Positions 51,498 through 63,700 are shown, numbered from the stretch's first letter. The stretch is 64,000 bases of DNA from Sporopachydermia quercuum (GCA_001599295.1 BCGN01000005.1:1178001-1242000), one strand, 5' to 3'. Numbers and translations are program-made. The notes: a model not told the origin generated them from the letters alone.

Positions 51498-52709
51498 ATG
51501 GCTGCCACCGAAGGACGAATTGCCCCTGAACAGGCATTCAACCTGATCACTAAGAATCTCCAAGAAGTTATTCATCCTCAAATCATCAAAAATGTATTAG
51601 AAGTAGAGAAAAGACCACTGAGAGTTTACTGGGGAACGGCTCCTACCGGTAAGCCACATTGTGGTTACTTTGTACCAATGACAAAAATTGCTCATTTCTT
51701 AGCTGCTGGGTGCGACGTGGTTATCTTATTAGCCGATTTGCATGCTTTCTTAGATAACATGAAAGCCCCTTTGGAAGTTGTTAATTATAGAGCTAAATAC
51801 TACGAAAAGGCCGTGAAAACAATTTTAACATCATTGAATGTTCCAATTGAGCAGCTATCATTTGTTGTTGGATCATCTTATCAATACTCCCAGCCCTACG
51901 TGTTAGATTTATTCCGATTGTCCAACATTGTCACTCAAAATGATGCCAAGAGAGCTGGTGCCGATGTTGTCAAACAAGTAGACAATCCCTTATTATCTGG
52001 TTTGATTTACCCTCTTATGCAAGCACTAGATGAAGAGCACCTGAAGGTTGATGCACAATTCGGTGGTGTTGATCAACGTAAAATTTTTGTTCTAGCTGAA
52101 GAGAACCTGCCATCTTTAGGATACAAGAAGCGTGCCCATTTAATGAATCCTATGGTCCCAGGCTTAACTCAAGGTGGTAAAATGTCAGCATCCGATCCAA
52201 ACTCAAAGATTGATTTACTAGAAGATCCTAAACAAGTAAAGAAGAAGATTAACACTGCTTTTGCTGCTCCTGGTGTGGTTGAAGGTAACGGATTGATTTC
52301 TTTTGTCGAATATGTTCTATTACCCATTTCCGAGTTAAAGAACGGCAAAGGTGAGTTTTTCATTGACCGTCCTGAACAGTATGGTGGCCCAATTACCTAC
52401 GATTCTATTGAGAAGTTAAAGGAGGAGTATGCATCTGAAGTGCTTTCACCCCAAGATTTGAAGATTGGTGTTGCTGATGCCATCAATTCCTTGTTAGAAC
52501 CGTTGAGAAAAGCCTATGTAGAAGATGCCGAATTTCAAAAGGCTGCCGACTTGGGTTATCCTGCCCCAGTGAAAAATGAAAAGAAGAAGGAAAAGAAAGT
52601 GAAGAATAAGGGAACCAGATACCCTGGTGCTAAAAAACCAGAATCTGAAGAAAAGTCCCAAGAAAAAGTTGAGGAAGCAACAAAGAAGTTAGAAGAAACC
52701 TTATTATGA
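51498..52709 (+). CDS. TYS1: Cytoplasmic tyrosyl-tRNA synthetase
   Basis: YWGTAPTGKPHCGY (HIGH-like), LADLHAFLDNMK, YPLMQALDE, QFGGVDQRKIF and KMSAS. Confidence 0.97.
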   Translation: MAATEGRIAPEQAFNLITKNLQEVIHPQIIKNVLEVEKRPLRVYWGTAPTGKPHCGYFVPMTKIAHFLAAGCDVVILLADLHAFLDNMKAPLEVVNYRAKYYEKAVKTILTSLNVPIEQLSFVVGSSYQYSQPYVLDLFRLSNIVTQNDAKRAGADVVKQVDNPLLSGLIYPLMQALDEEHLKVDAQFGGVDQRKIFVLAEENLPSLGYKKRAHLMNPMVPGLTQGGKMSASDPNSKIDLLEDPKQVKKKINTAFAAPGVVEGNGLISFVEYVLLPISELKNGKGEFFIDRPEQYGGPITYDSIEKLKEEYASEVLSPQDLKIGVADAINSLLEPLRKAYVEDAEFQKAADLGYPAPVKNEKKKEKKVKNKGTRYPGAKKPESEEKSQEKVEEATKKLEETLL

Positions 52710-53487
52710 AATCAACTAAAATAAATAGAACAAACACCAACTACATTTTTGGAGGTCAATTCAATAGTCACCAATTATCATGAAGTGTTGTGGGAACAAG
52801 TCAGGATTGCATTATAAATGCTACGTGAGTCTCAGATTCTATCTTGAGTTGATACTATTGATATATGACTTCCATGATATAATAAAGTTTGTAATCTTCA
52901 ATGCTACGTATAATGGCTAGTAGTAAGGTTTTCTATATGAATTGAATGTGAATAATGAACCCCTTGAATCATGGCGAGTGCAGTCAATTCTCAAGAAGAA
53001 ATGCTTTAAGATCCACGATCAAAAGAGGAGCAAGATCATCAATCTGTGATATATTTTTCTATTTAATGTATAATAAAAAAAAGAAAAAATGGAATTTCTA
53101 GCAATAAGCCAGAAAAGATAAATTGATTTCTTGATTAATTCTGAACATATCAGCATCACGTGATAAAAGCACGATACATCGAATATAATAAGGGAGGCCA
53201 ACAGCTCATCAATATCGGAAACTATACCACATATCCTTTAAGTAAAGTATTATAGAAGTATTTTCATTTATCGACCTATTTTACTATTGTATTCTACATT
53301 TCTCTTCAATTGCTGGATTAACCTCAGCTACTTTAAAACGTTCTAACATTCTCACACTAATAATGCAATGCAAAATGTATTGCATGTTTCATGGCGGACC
53401 ATCTCTTAAAGCCCACAACATCCAAGCTTTTGCACTATGAATACCAAGTGAACAAAACTTTCTCGTATATACGAATTAACCAAAATA

Positions 53488-56400
53488 TTACATGGTTTCC
53501 CATCCTCCTAGATTATTGAGATTCTCAAGCTTTCTAGTGATATAATTTGGATATCCATGTTGTAGCCATACAGTACGTATAAAATGTTCATATCGTTTAA
53601 CATTCAAGTACAATGGATCTCCTTTGCGGGCAGTTTCTTGTCCCTGACCATGAGAATCCAAAAATGGGGATGGATAAAACGACCCTTTACCATTTCTCAA
53701 TAATAAAATCGCATTTTGCCTAGGCAGGAGGAAGATGCCGCCTGCTCTAGAACAGGCTTCAAAGCAATGCAAGCTACATTGTCCCATAGTCGTAGAAGCT
53801 GAGGTTTTCTGCACCTTCATTGTCTTAGAACAGAACAAACATATTGCAGGATCACTGGTCAAAAGCTCATTATCATTGAGTCCTTGTTTGTATTTCCCAT
53901 AACAATAAGTATAGAAACATCGGGTAAAGTAGTAATCTAGCCTTGATGGAAGATTGATTAGCTGAACGACCCCTGGGTATTCTAACCTACCTATCAATGA
54001 AGCATTGGTTGATATGTTCTTAGCCTCAACATAAGCAAGGAAGTATTTGATGATTGGCGTTACTTGGAGATTACTATGATTGACATTAGTTACTCTGGTA
54101 GTAAACAGTTCTACTGGTGCATCACCATTGTCACCACCATCAACACTAACTTCAATTCCCTGTAAAAGCTCTCGAGCCACCGTTTGAATTGAAGGCAAAT
54201 TCAATAGTAAGCACAATTTGTCAGCCTCAAGACTATCATATAGATCTTCGAACCTCGTTTTATCATATCCATTAGCAGCCATAATAAAACTCCAGATAGC
54301 AGCTCTTCTCAAGTAAGGTGTGACTGCCTTTAAAACCATAGTATAATAGGCCATAGGAAACCTATGATCAGCAAGTAGAGAGGTGATCCTGGTACTTAAT
54401 GTTTTACTAGAAACACCAGCAAATAAGCGGAAGAGCTTAATAAAAGCTGCTTTACTATCACTGTCAAGCTCAAGCGCTGCAACTGGCATTTCAGCAATAG
54501 AAAGACCCTTGGGCCAATCGTCATTAACTATTGTCTCTGCAGCAATAGTATACCCAGCTTTAATAATACAACCAATATAACAATGGCCTAGCAAGGCTTT
54601 AAAAGGGATCCCCAGCGCCATCAGTGGTGACGATGTCACCAGTAATTTAAACAAATCGTCATATAAAACTGAATCACAGTACTGATTTACGTCCTGGAAG
54701 CATACAGCAGCTCCAAGATCGCTCAACATACTATGCAATTCAGTTTCTGGTTCGTTATGCAATACTTTCAATGTATTTCTACCAACAAGGGCCAGGTGTG
54801 TCATCTTATAATCGTTGAGTATTCTCAGGGCCCTAAGGCTTTGATAAGGTATTTGGTCAAGCACTGTGCCCATATCAAAGTTGTCATACTCCACGCCTCT
54901 TAAGGAGATTTCAATTTGCTCAATAGTATTAGATAGCAAGCTTGATACAGTTGAATAGGTGCCTAATAGCAATTGGAATGTCTGTTGCGTCATATCCAAC
55001 GTTTTGATCATTCTACCGTTATTAATAATAGAATACTCCTCACCATCTTCAGGGAAAAGGTCTCTTCTCCTATAGCTGTTTTTCCCACTCTTCGTTATGG
55101 CCAGCCAACTCTGAACCATTTGCTCTTTCAAATCTCCTCGCAGATTTCCCGTTTGATCAAGCATTTGATCGAAATGCTGGAAAATGCTCGTGGTAAAATT
55201 AATTCCCTGCAAAGGAGTTTGTGATTTCTCATTTCCATGTATCAACAACGAAATATCGCTAGTATTTGCTTCAGAAAGCAAAGGAACAAACAGATTGTTC
55301 ACAGCTTTACATAATGGACATATAAACTCATTGCGCGTTTGATCCTCAGGTATTGTATATGATAGCTGCAGCATTCGACTTCTAGTATCAAGGTAATACT
55401 TCTGGAAGCATTCAAAATGCATCCCGTGTCCACAGGATGTGAATATTGAATACATATGACCATATCCACAGTAGGGATCATTGCTTGTTTCAAAAGGGAA
55501 TCCAGGACCGCAGGTAGTTAATTGGGATAGTCGATGTTCAAAGTAGTCCTTCCACTTGGCAGAACCTCTTGACAGAATCTCGTCAGGGGTTGAAGATGTA
55601 TCCAAGTTTTCATTGTCAGCCATACTACGGTAGAACCAGTAATGGTCATGGAAAGGAATGTCTCTGAACACAGTTGACTTGGAGACATAGCTAAGGATGC
55701 CAAACACGTCATTATCAGTTGGAGGCATTTGACATAAGATGCAATTCGATGAGCCGTACTGATAGAATTGGTCAAATGACGAGCTGGCATTAGAATAAGC
55801 ATTAGAAGTATGTGTATTGTGATTAGTAGTATTAGCATTAGCAGCAGCACTGTTATTAGCCTTAGAAGTACCATTGTTAGTAGGATTACTATTCTCAGTA
55901 CCATCACTGCTATTCGCGTCCTCCATTGGAAAATCATCGTCCAGTTTGAACTTCTGAGCAAAACTCTTTTGGTTGGCTTCCATTTCTTCCATAATCTTCC
56001 GTTTCCTTTCATTTGCCAGCCTTTTCTTCCGCTGTTTCTCCTCTTCAGCATCAACANACCTCGGCTGGAAATCCAGCGCTGCTAATTCGTCTTCTTTCAA
56101 TCCCACCGACTTCCGTAAACCATCATTAAACATCTCAGGGTCCATTTTCCTCAGCATTAGCAGTACTTGTTTGATTTCACCATAAACAGCTTTGAACTTG
56201 CCATCGCGGTACATAGTATAAAGCAAACNAGCTACTGATACGTCTGGTTGAATAGATATTTCCATACAGTTAGCAGCACATTGATTTCTAGTATTCCCAT
56301 CGTCCAGTTGAGTGAGAGATAATAGTAGAAGTATTAAAATAGCTCTCAAGCTTGAGTCTTCAATACCTGAAAAAGTTCCAGTAGCCATTCCTCTAAGAAT

Positions 56401-59400
56401 ACTGGCAATGCTTATAATGAATAGCTTACTGCCAGTGATATCAAGAAGTTCTGAATAGCTTGTACTGCTCAAGCTTAAGACCTTTGGCATTAGAACCAAA
56501 TCTTCCGGGTTCTTGACTTTAGGAGCAAAATCAACAGCACTCTTCTTATATTTGTTCATATATTTATCCCTATCTTCAATGCCAATGTCAATTCCTTTAC
56601 TGAAAGCTTTTCTTAATAGACCATCAACATCATCACGTTGATTAGCGGTATAGGTGACATAATAAGGATTGATCTCCTTATAATACTCATGCTTTAACTC
56701 ATACAGTCCAGTATCATTGATACCATTAGGAGCAACATAATTAGCCACCTGGTTTAAAACTCCATCAAAAGATTTCTCATTACATAACTGATCAGACAGA
56801 ATTGTGCAGATGTTTGAATAGCTGGTTGACTTCTGGATGAGTAAATGGATTATTTCCTGCTTTATATGGTCATTTGTTACGTCTTTTTCATGTTTATTCA
56901 GTAGATGTGTTCTCTCTGTAAACAGGGTCAGAAGGAAATGAATAAACTCTTCAACAATAGGGCCAAAGGTTTCCTCGGTATAAGGCAAAGGGATAACAGC
57001 AACAGGTGCTTTTCTGTTTCCGCTATGACTGTCACCATCAACATCATCGTCAGTTATCTGGTGAGCCACGAGAACGTCATACAGTTTCCACCTGTCGAGA
57101 AGAGTCAAATAACACTTTTCGCTATCCAAACAAAGCATGAGCTGCACCATATAGATGTCTCGCATATAAAATGACTTCCGAAGCCCTGTTTTATATAAAT
57201 ACAGCTGGGTCTTGATACTGAAGCCATTTCTGACCCAAAGATTGCATTTAATCTGCGCTGCCATTGCTATGACTCTGATAGGATAATCAAACATCATATC
57301 CAGCAATTCCTCGCCATTGCAAGGGAATAGCCTATGTAGGTCGTCAAAAGACAGAAATCTTATCAATTCAAGCATATGGCTGACCAATGAATGCACAGGA
57401 TGCAAGAAGCTGGTAGATTCTTGAGATACATCATAGTCTACTATGGTGAATGATTTTTCATCGGCAGATCGGACGATTTTCATTCTATTTCTGCCATAAG
57501 GCTCACTGGTTGATTGAGAAGGGAAAGCATTGGTGATAATATTTGCTAAGCCGTTGAGAAAGAACTTTAGAGCTTTCAATGCTAATGTTGGCTGTTCATC
57601 AACAAGTTTATCATACGCTTTTATATAGTTATCTATGAAATGACATAGAATCAAAGCAGCATTGAAATATAAGTTATAATCCTGAGATTCGTACTCCACA
57701 TGCTGATTAACAGCTCTTTTGATAGGAAGCTTACCATTTAGAAGCATCATTAGATCCATAACTGCAGATAGAACATCAGGTCTCGCTAGCAGAGCATAAT
57801 TCTCGTTTCTGCTGATAATATAGCCAATTTCAAAGAACAATTGCCCGTATTTCCTGTTTTTCAGGCTGTTGTTGTTGAGATCAACTGGCCATCTGGGCAG
57901 ATAGCAAGTATCTACACCGTTAATGCTAATTGGAGGTTTGAAGCCTTTTTTAAAGGAGAAACCTGGAGGATAAACTGCACCATGAAGGAAGAAATTCTTT
58001 ATACATTCAACCATTTGCTTAAAGCATTTAGAAGATATAATACATCTGGCATTCTCTTTAGGAGTGAATAGTTGTGTTGATAGAGATCCCATTACATTGC
58101 ACTCAGCCTCACGATCAACAGATAGGAACAAATGGCTGATTACCGGATATATTGTTGAGTATTGAAGGGCAATCAAAGGTTTGAATTGCAAATTGGAAAT
58201 GAAGCAAGAAACGTATAAATCATGAAGAATCATTCTTATACATCGCCAGAATCTTATATCGTACACCAGCAGGTACTGGAATCTCGATGGGTATAAAAAT
58301 GAGTGATTCTGCTGCTGCTGCTGATTGCATTGATTGAGGATCGCCTGGGATATATTCCAGTCTATAGCATTCACACTATATGGAAGGCAATTGTTCCCAT
58401 TATAATCATCGGCAAAGCTATAATCCACATCGGTATAAATAGTCTCAACCTCTTTACAGTATTCCATATAGAAGTCCTGTTCCTCTGTTATTCTGGTGAA
58501 GTTATTCAGCAAAGAGCCAATTGGCAGTTCTTCTTTCACTCCTAAAACACCACTGGAAATATTTGGCTCGTTTCTTATCTCCTGGATATTTAGCTGCGAC
58601 AACGACAGAATATCTTGGTTGTTTCTATTTGTTCCATCCTGAGAATTTGCACTGGAGCTCTTGTTGGAATTCTCGTTCTCGTGATCATTGAAACCAGAGA
58701 ATCCTAAGCCTGTAGAGTTAGTATATAACGTGCTACCATTGGGTCTAGATCCATTTCCTAATGATCTATATCCATTAGAAACACCTGCGCATAAAACCTT
58801 CGATAATTCAGCTTTGGCAAAGGAATAATTGCCATAAAATTCACCACAGGAGATATTATAAACCCATTCAACCATTTCTCCACACATTTCCTCTCGGAAA
58901 TAATCCCGGACGGAGAGAACGCTGAAAGTGAGACCTGTGGTTGACATTATTTTCACTTTAGCAATCAGCTCCTCGAGGTTTCTGCTGACCATTACCAGGG
59001 CTCTTCCGTGTGAATTGACTCTATTCACCACCATTTCAGCAAACTGGGTGCTTTTCCCTAGAGCATTGGATATTCTATGCACAGCATCCATATAGTGTTT
59101 AGTAGGATCATTATATAGAACAGCGCAGTATTTGCCGATGGTTGCGATATTTGTATCGGAGATTCTGTACTTGCCAGATGGCAAATTTCTTTTGCCGCCT
59201 TGCTGTAAAACCGTTTGCACGTTGAGCTCGTTGCTAATGATGGATTGTAGTGTTTCTGTAGACTTGGACATTATATCTAGAACGAAATCCCACACGGCTG
59301 CGAGAGTAGAATTCAGGCTCAAAGTTAAATCCGCAGGAATATCGGCAAGCGAAACTGATTCCGGAAACAATTGGTTAGCACATTGGAGATCGGTTTTCCA

Positions 59401-59994
59401 TGCGTCGGGATCCCCGCAATCGCAGACTCCTCCGTTATCCCGCATACATATATTTACCTGTACTTCGTGACCCGTGTGATCGGAAGCGTTGAAACAGGAT
59501 TCGCATAAAACACAGGAACCGTCAACCCCACATGTGAGACATCTGTAGGTGGGTTCGCTTTTTTTGAACTTCACTGTGCAGGGGCGGTTCGGATGAGCGT
59601 GGGAAGGAGAAATGGGCAGTTTCCATGCGCTATTTATCTGATCGTCGGAAGCGGAAGCAGAGGACTTTTGCTTCGATTCAGATGAATCGAGATAGTTAAA
59701 CCCAAAAAACAAGTCTTCTGGAGCTTGGTCCGCTATTATTTCTGGTTTGGTCTTATCCTTATCACTATTGGTCATCAGGGTGTCATCTACCTCGGAACCC
59801 AATATATCGTACCATGTTTTTTTGTTGAATGAAGCCTCCGGCCGGTCCGGAAATAATTGTGGCAAGTATTTCCCATTATTGGATGCCGAATAGAACAAAG
59901 CTCTTCGTAAATGGGCTTTTGCTTTCGGTGTGAATTGGTAGTTGAACAGAGAAGGTAATACAAGAAAGTACTGTTTCAAATCATGGGGATCCAT
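53488..59994 (-). CDS. UBR1: N-end rule E3 ubiquitin ligase Ubr1
   Basis: UBR box (C..KF..EPTYRCLTC...CDCGDPDAW), ClpS-like domain (LYND..H), HVEYE, WVRNG, RING-H2 (CILC...CGHGMHFEC...CPLC) and C-terminal CLFC...FLDSHG. Confidence 0.95.
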   Translation of the reverse strand: MDPHDLKQYFLVLPSLFNYQFTPKAKAHLRRALFYSASNNGKYLPQLFPDRPEASFNKKTWYDILGSEVDDTLMTNSDKDKTKPEIIADQAPEDLFFGFNYLDSSESKQKSSASASDDQINSAWKLPISPSHAHPNRPCTVKFKKSEPTYRCLTCGVDGSCVLCESCFNASDHTGHEVQVNICMRDNGGVCDCGDPDAWKTDLQCANQLFPESVSLADIPADLTLSLNSTLAAVWDFVLDIMSKSTETLQSIISNELNVQTVLQQGGKRNLPSGKYRISDTNIATIGKYCAVLYNDPTKHYMDAVHRISNALGKSTQFAEMVVNRVNSHGRALVMVSRNLEELIAKVKIMSTTGLTFSVLSVRDYFREEMCGEMVEWVYNISCGEFYGNYSFAKAELSKVLCAGVSNGYRSLGNGSRPNGSTLYTNSTGLGFSGFNDHENENSNKSSSANSQDGTNRNNQDILSLSQLNIQEIRNEPNISSGVLGVKEELPIGSLLNNFTRITEEQDFYMEYCKEVETIYTDVDYSFADDYNGNNCLPYSVNAIDWNISQAILNQCNQQQQQNHSFLYPSRFQYLLVYDIRFWRCIRMILHDLYVSCFISNLQFKPLIALQYSTIYPVISHLFLSVDREAECNVMGSLSTQLFTPKENARCIISSKCFKQMVECIKNFFLHGAVYPPGFSFKKGFKPPISINGVDTCYLPRWPVDLNNNSLKNRKYGQLFFEIGYIISRNENYALLARPDVLSAVMDLMMLLNGKLPIKRAVNQHVEYESQDYNLYFNAALILCHFIDNYIKAYDKLVDEQPTLALKALKFFLNGLANIITNAFPSQSTSEPYGRNRMKIVRSADEKSFTIVDYDVSQESTSFLHPVHSLVSHMLELIRFLSFDDLHRLFPCNGEELLDMMFDYPIRVIAMAAQIKCNLWVRNGFSIKTQLYLYKTGLRKSFYMRDIYMVQLMLCLDSEKCYLTLLDRWKLYDVLVAHQITDDDVDGDSHSGNRKAPVAVIPLPYTEETFGPIVEEFIHFLLTLFTERTHLLNKHEKDVTNDHIKQEIIHLLIQKSTSYSNICTILSDQLCNEKSFDGVLNQVANYVAPNGINDTGLYELKHEYYKEINPYYVTYTANQRDDVDGLLRKAFSKGIDIGIEDRDKYMNKYKKSAVDFAPKVKNPEDLVLMPKVLSLSSTSYSELLDITGSKLFIISIASILRGMATGTFSGIEDSSLRAILILLLLSLTQLDDGNTRNQCAANCMEISIQPDVSVAXLLYTMYRDGKFKAVYGEIKQVLLMLRKMDPEMFNDGLRKSVGLKEDELAALDFQPRXVDAEEEKQRKKRLANERKRKIMEEMEANQKSFAQKFKLDDDFPMEDANSSDGTENSNPTNNGTSKANNSAAANANTTNHNTHTSNAYSNASSSFDQFYQYGSSNCILCQMPPTDNDVFGILSYVSKSTVFRDIPFHDHYWFYRSMADNENLDTSSTPDEILSRGSAKWKDYFEHRLSQLTTCGPGFPFETSNDPYCGYGHMYSIFTSCGHGMHFECFQKYYLDTRSRMLQLSYTIPEDQTRNEFICPLCKAVNNLFVPLLSEANTSDISLLIHGNEKSQTPLQGINFTTSIFQHFDQMLDQTGNLRGDLKEQMVQSWLAITKSGKNSYRRRDLFPEDGEEYSIINNGRMIKTLDMTQQTFQLLLGTYSTVSSLLSNTIEQIEISLRGVEYDNFDMGTVLDQIPYQSLRALRILNDYKMTHLALVGRNTLKVLHNEPETELHSMLSDLGAAVCFQDVNQYCDSVLYDDLFKLLVTSSPLMALGIPFKALLGHCYIGCIIKAGYTIAAETIVNDDWPKGLSIAEMPVAALELDSDSKAAFIKLFRLFAGVSSKTLSTRITSLLADHRFPMAYYTMVLKAVTPYLRRAAIWSFIMAANGYDKTRFEDLYDSLEADKLCLLLNLPSIQTVARELLQGIEVSVDGGDNGDAPVELFTTRVTNVNHSNLQVTPIIKYFLAYVEAKNISTNASLIGRLEYPGVVQLINLPSRLDYYFTRCFYTYCYGKYKQGLNDNELLTSDPAICLFCSKTMKVQKTSASTTMGQCSLHCFEACSRAGGIFLLPRQNAILLLRNGKGSFYPSPFLDSHGQGQETARKGDPLYLNVKRYEHFIRTVWLQHGYPNYITRKLENLNNLGGWETM

Positions 59995-60770
59995 TGTAGG
60001 AACAAGACGGAAGGTACCTGTTCGGCGTCAAAATAGATTTTGGGATAAATTGACAAAAAAACTTTCTCCAAGTGGCAAACAACGGCTGTTCCGTTCCGAT
60101 TGCTGCTTGTTCTAGCGTTCCGCAATCAGGAACTCAGTTTATGTTTATGAATGTGTTGATAGTGGGTGATTACAATGGGATGACAGCAAAAATTTTTGGC
60201 AAAGAGAGAATAGCAAGAGCCGGATTAGTTGAAAAGATTACTTGAAGAAGATATTAATTTGGTATGAATTGAAGCGGGAAGGCGTAAAAGCCANGTTATT
60301 CAATTGCCATCCGNCAGAGAACGGAATAAACGACAGGAAAATGCGGAGAAAATGGCGGCAAAAATTTCGGAGAAGGTAGGCAATTTATTATTTCCGGTTT
60401 TGAAAGCCGGAAAATATGTTTAAAGTATTGTTTCCGATATTTAAAATCGGAGATAATGTCATTCAATTTGGGAAAAGATAATTAAACTGGTTACTTTCAA
60501 CAATTCTTAATTTAGAGATTTACTATGAGGTTTGACATACTAGATAGATTTCTTTCACCAGGTGGATATAAGAGAAATGATATAACTTGTTTTAACAATA
60601 ATTAGATCAGAAAGTAGGTCATTTACACGAAAAGTGAACCAAGTTCTATGTTATGTAGTGAAGTCCTTCAAATGTGTTCAGTAAGTGTAAGTGATACTTT
60701 ATATTAAATCAACATAACATCCCCCCTGAAGGTGAATAATATTAATGATTATATTAGATTATTACACTGT

Positions 60771-63700
60771 TTACTCTTCAAACTTATAGTATTTGAGATA
60801 ATTACTTTTGATGTAATCCAAGAATGCAGGCTTATCCCTTATACGACGCTGCTCCAATGCCCAAGTCTTAATATTAGATGAAGGATCATAAGGACCGATC
60901 TGTTTCATCATTGAATAATAGTTTCCATCAAAAAATACTTCCTCATTGCCATACATTGGATTAAAATGTTTCTTGTTCTGAAGCACGGACATCTGCTGAT
61001 GTGGAGGAAAATGGTTTCGAACTTGCTCTGTGATTTCTGCTCCAGGTTGAGGTCTTAAGGTGACTTCTGTTTGTTCTTCTTGAGCGTCAATAGGAACAGG
61101 ATTAACAGTAACAGTATCAATTGGTTGCTCTTCAGTAGTTAGTTGAGCTGTAGTTTCATTATCATGATCTTCGTCTGAATTGGCGTCATCATCTATTTCA
61201 TCATCCTCCATGTCTTCATCATCATCATCGTCATCATCGTTAACGACAACGATGTTTTGACCATCGAATCTAATTTCAATGTTTCTATTGTTGTTGAGTT
61301 CATTTATGAAATCATTTCGTGTAACTCTTCTTCCACCAGGGAATCTTACATGGTCTCTACTTATTAAACCACCAATCTCACCTTTCAGATACATATCGGT
61401 CAAATGATCATATCTCTCTTGACTCAATGTGATATCATATACATTGACGACACCTCCTCTTCTTCCGCTGAATGGTTCTCCATGAGAATCTAAATACAAC
61501 GAAGGATACTCAGTAACGCGCTCTTTGTAATATAATAAAACTGTGCCAGTCAATGTGCCTAAGAACAAGCCTGTTGATCCTGTACATTTAGGCACATGTT
61601 CAAGCATCTGTCCATATACAGAGAATTTATCTCTTTCACCACAATGCAAACAAACAAACAAATCGCCCTGGGTTACTCCTTTTTTTAGATCATCTTGGAA
61701 ATAGTAATCCAATTTCTTAGGTAATCTATAGAGATCTAAAGGTGCTGAAATTTCAAGTTTCCTACCCAAAACTCTGTTGAGGAACTCAAAGTTACCAAAG
61801 TTATACAATTTCTTGTTTGGGGAATCGATGAGCGTCTGATCTGGCAGTGCAATCAATGACGTAGTTATATCTTCAACCGTTCTTGGTTCACATTGATATT
61901 CTCTGTTGGAAGCTGCTCGGATAAAGTATTCCAGTCCTGGTATCTGCAGCAGTGTGCATAATGAATGGAATTCAATTTCCCAATCACTTTCATAATCCCA
62001 AGCATCTTCATATTGATAATCAAAACAGGTAAGAGCACCATACAAAATACTAGCCCTTCTAAGGAAAGGAGTTGTTGCTGTAGTAAGCATAGAACCTAAA
62101 CCAAAGAAAAACCTCTTGACATCCTCGGTGTTATTGGCAATATACATAAGTTTATCGCCTGAAGTACCTGTTTGGTTGAATATANCCGTGAAAAAGTCTG
62201 TTATAACTCCTAATTCAACTGCTTCTCCAAATTCACTTTCTGATGCAAAATCCAGAATATCATATTCGTCGGAATCTAGAACTCCATCTAACCAATAAGC
62301 AACAAAATCGACAATAGAAACCGCTTTCGAGACCAGTTCGTACACAAGACACATTCTCACATGGTTTTGGAAGTGAAGTGGATCATGAAGAGTCAAACCA
62401 ACTAGCTTTCCAAAGAAATCATCAGCTTGAAGGAAAACTTGCATTTTAATCTTCATCATTTCTCTCAGCTTCATCTTAGATACTAATACTTTCCATTGAC
62501 AGTCAAGCAATGCCCTGTCGATAGGTCCAACAAGATCTGGTGCTACGTTACATTTCTTATGTCTGTGTCTGATTTCCAGGCCCTTAATTGAGCTGATAAA
62601 AGCACGAATCAAGTCAGAATAGTTGTCGCCGCACATTACCACAGGATCCTCAACAATCTTTGTTTTCCATTCTGGTTGAGCTATCATATCAAAATACTTG
62701 CTGAAAGAGTCAGTATTAACTAGCTCCATACCAACCAGACCATAAGAACTAATGATACGTAATACCCAAGGAGCCAGCGCCAAGCGACTTGCGGCGAAAT
62801 NCTCTTCATACATAATAAAATCGCGGTCTTTTCTCAGTAAAGAAGATCTTGAAACCTGCGACAATCCAGGAATCTTAGGAAGATAGAAATTAGCTGTAGA
62901 ACGACATAAGGGACATGAGACCACTTGCGGCATCCTTCTACCTTGAGGGGAGTTTTGATTTTCATTGCAATACTTTTCGAAACAAGTGTAATGGATTCTA
63001 TGGCCACAGCCATGAATAATTGGTATATCATCTACAGTTGAGTCATGATACACACTGTCATCCCAACCTTCACGATCTCTGTGACTATTATGATAAAACG
63101 ATTTTCCTTCAATACGGTAGCTAGTATGATAGTTCAAGGCAGGTCCTTCTGGACATTCGGAATAAATCTCGTCTCTATAAGATTCCCATTCTGATGATAC
63201 ACAGTACTTGTGATTTAAGGTAGACCCCTCTGCAAAGTTCTTGGCGATAATGAAAGGTAGGTACTTGGGCTGAACCTGATCCCAGTCAATGGATTCTAAA
63301 TATCTTACCAATGGTGTGTTATGTTTAGCGGCTAGTACGCCAGAGATGTCGGACTCTTTGAATGGGATTTTGCAGTAGATGCAGTATTCCGTGTTGTCAT
63401 CTTCCTCTACTCCCGTTTGGTCTTGATCCCTTTCTAGAGCATTTCCTGTAGTTTGCATGAACATCTTTTGATTGGCAGCAAATTCTTCTACGATTTTCTT
63501 CTGTCTCAGTCGGGCTCGTTCTTTCCTTGCTTCATCGTTGAGATTTACTTTTCCAATAGGCCGTTCCAACGACGATAGAAAGTCTTCCTCAGCAGAATTT
63601 GACTCAAAATTAAGAGATTCCAACAGGGTTGATTTATTCCATTGCATTAGCAATTTCAAACATGACTGAACAAGAGTTCTTGTTTCTTTGTCGATTGTTT

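Noticed and set aside
51498..52709. Alternative yeast genetic code (CUG-Ser or CUG-Ala)
   Set aside because: CTG occurs at conserved Leu positions (TYS1 ENLP, ARG5,6 GLYP, RRM ISNL), which supports the standard code.
53040..53164. ATCACGTGAT (CDEI/Cbf1-like) next to an AT-rich tract, suggesting a point centromere
   Set aside because: No CDEIII-like element at the expected spacing and the AT tract is not extreme; at most a bHLH site.
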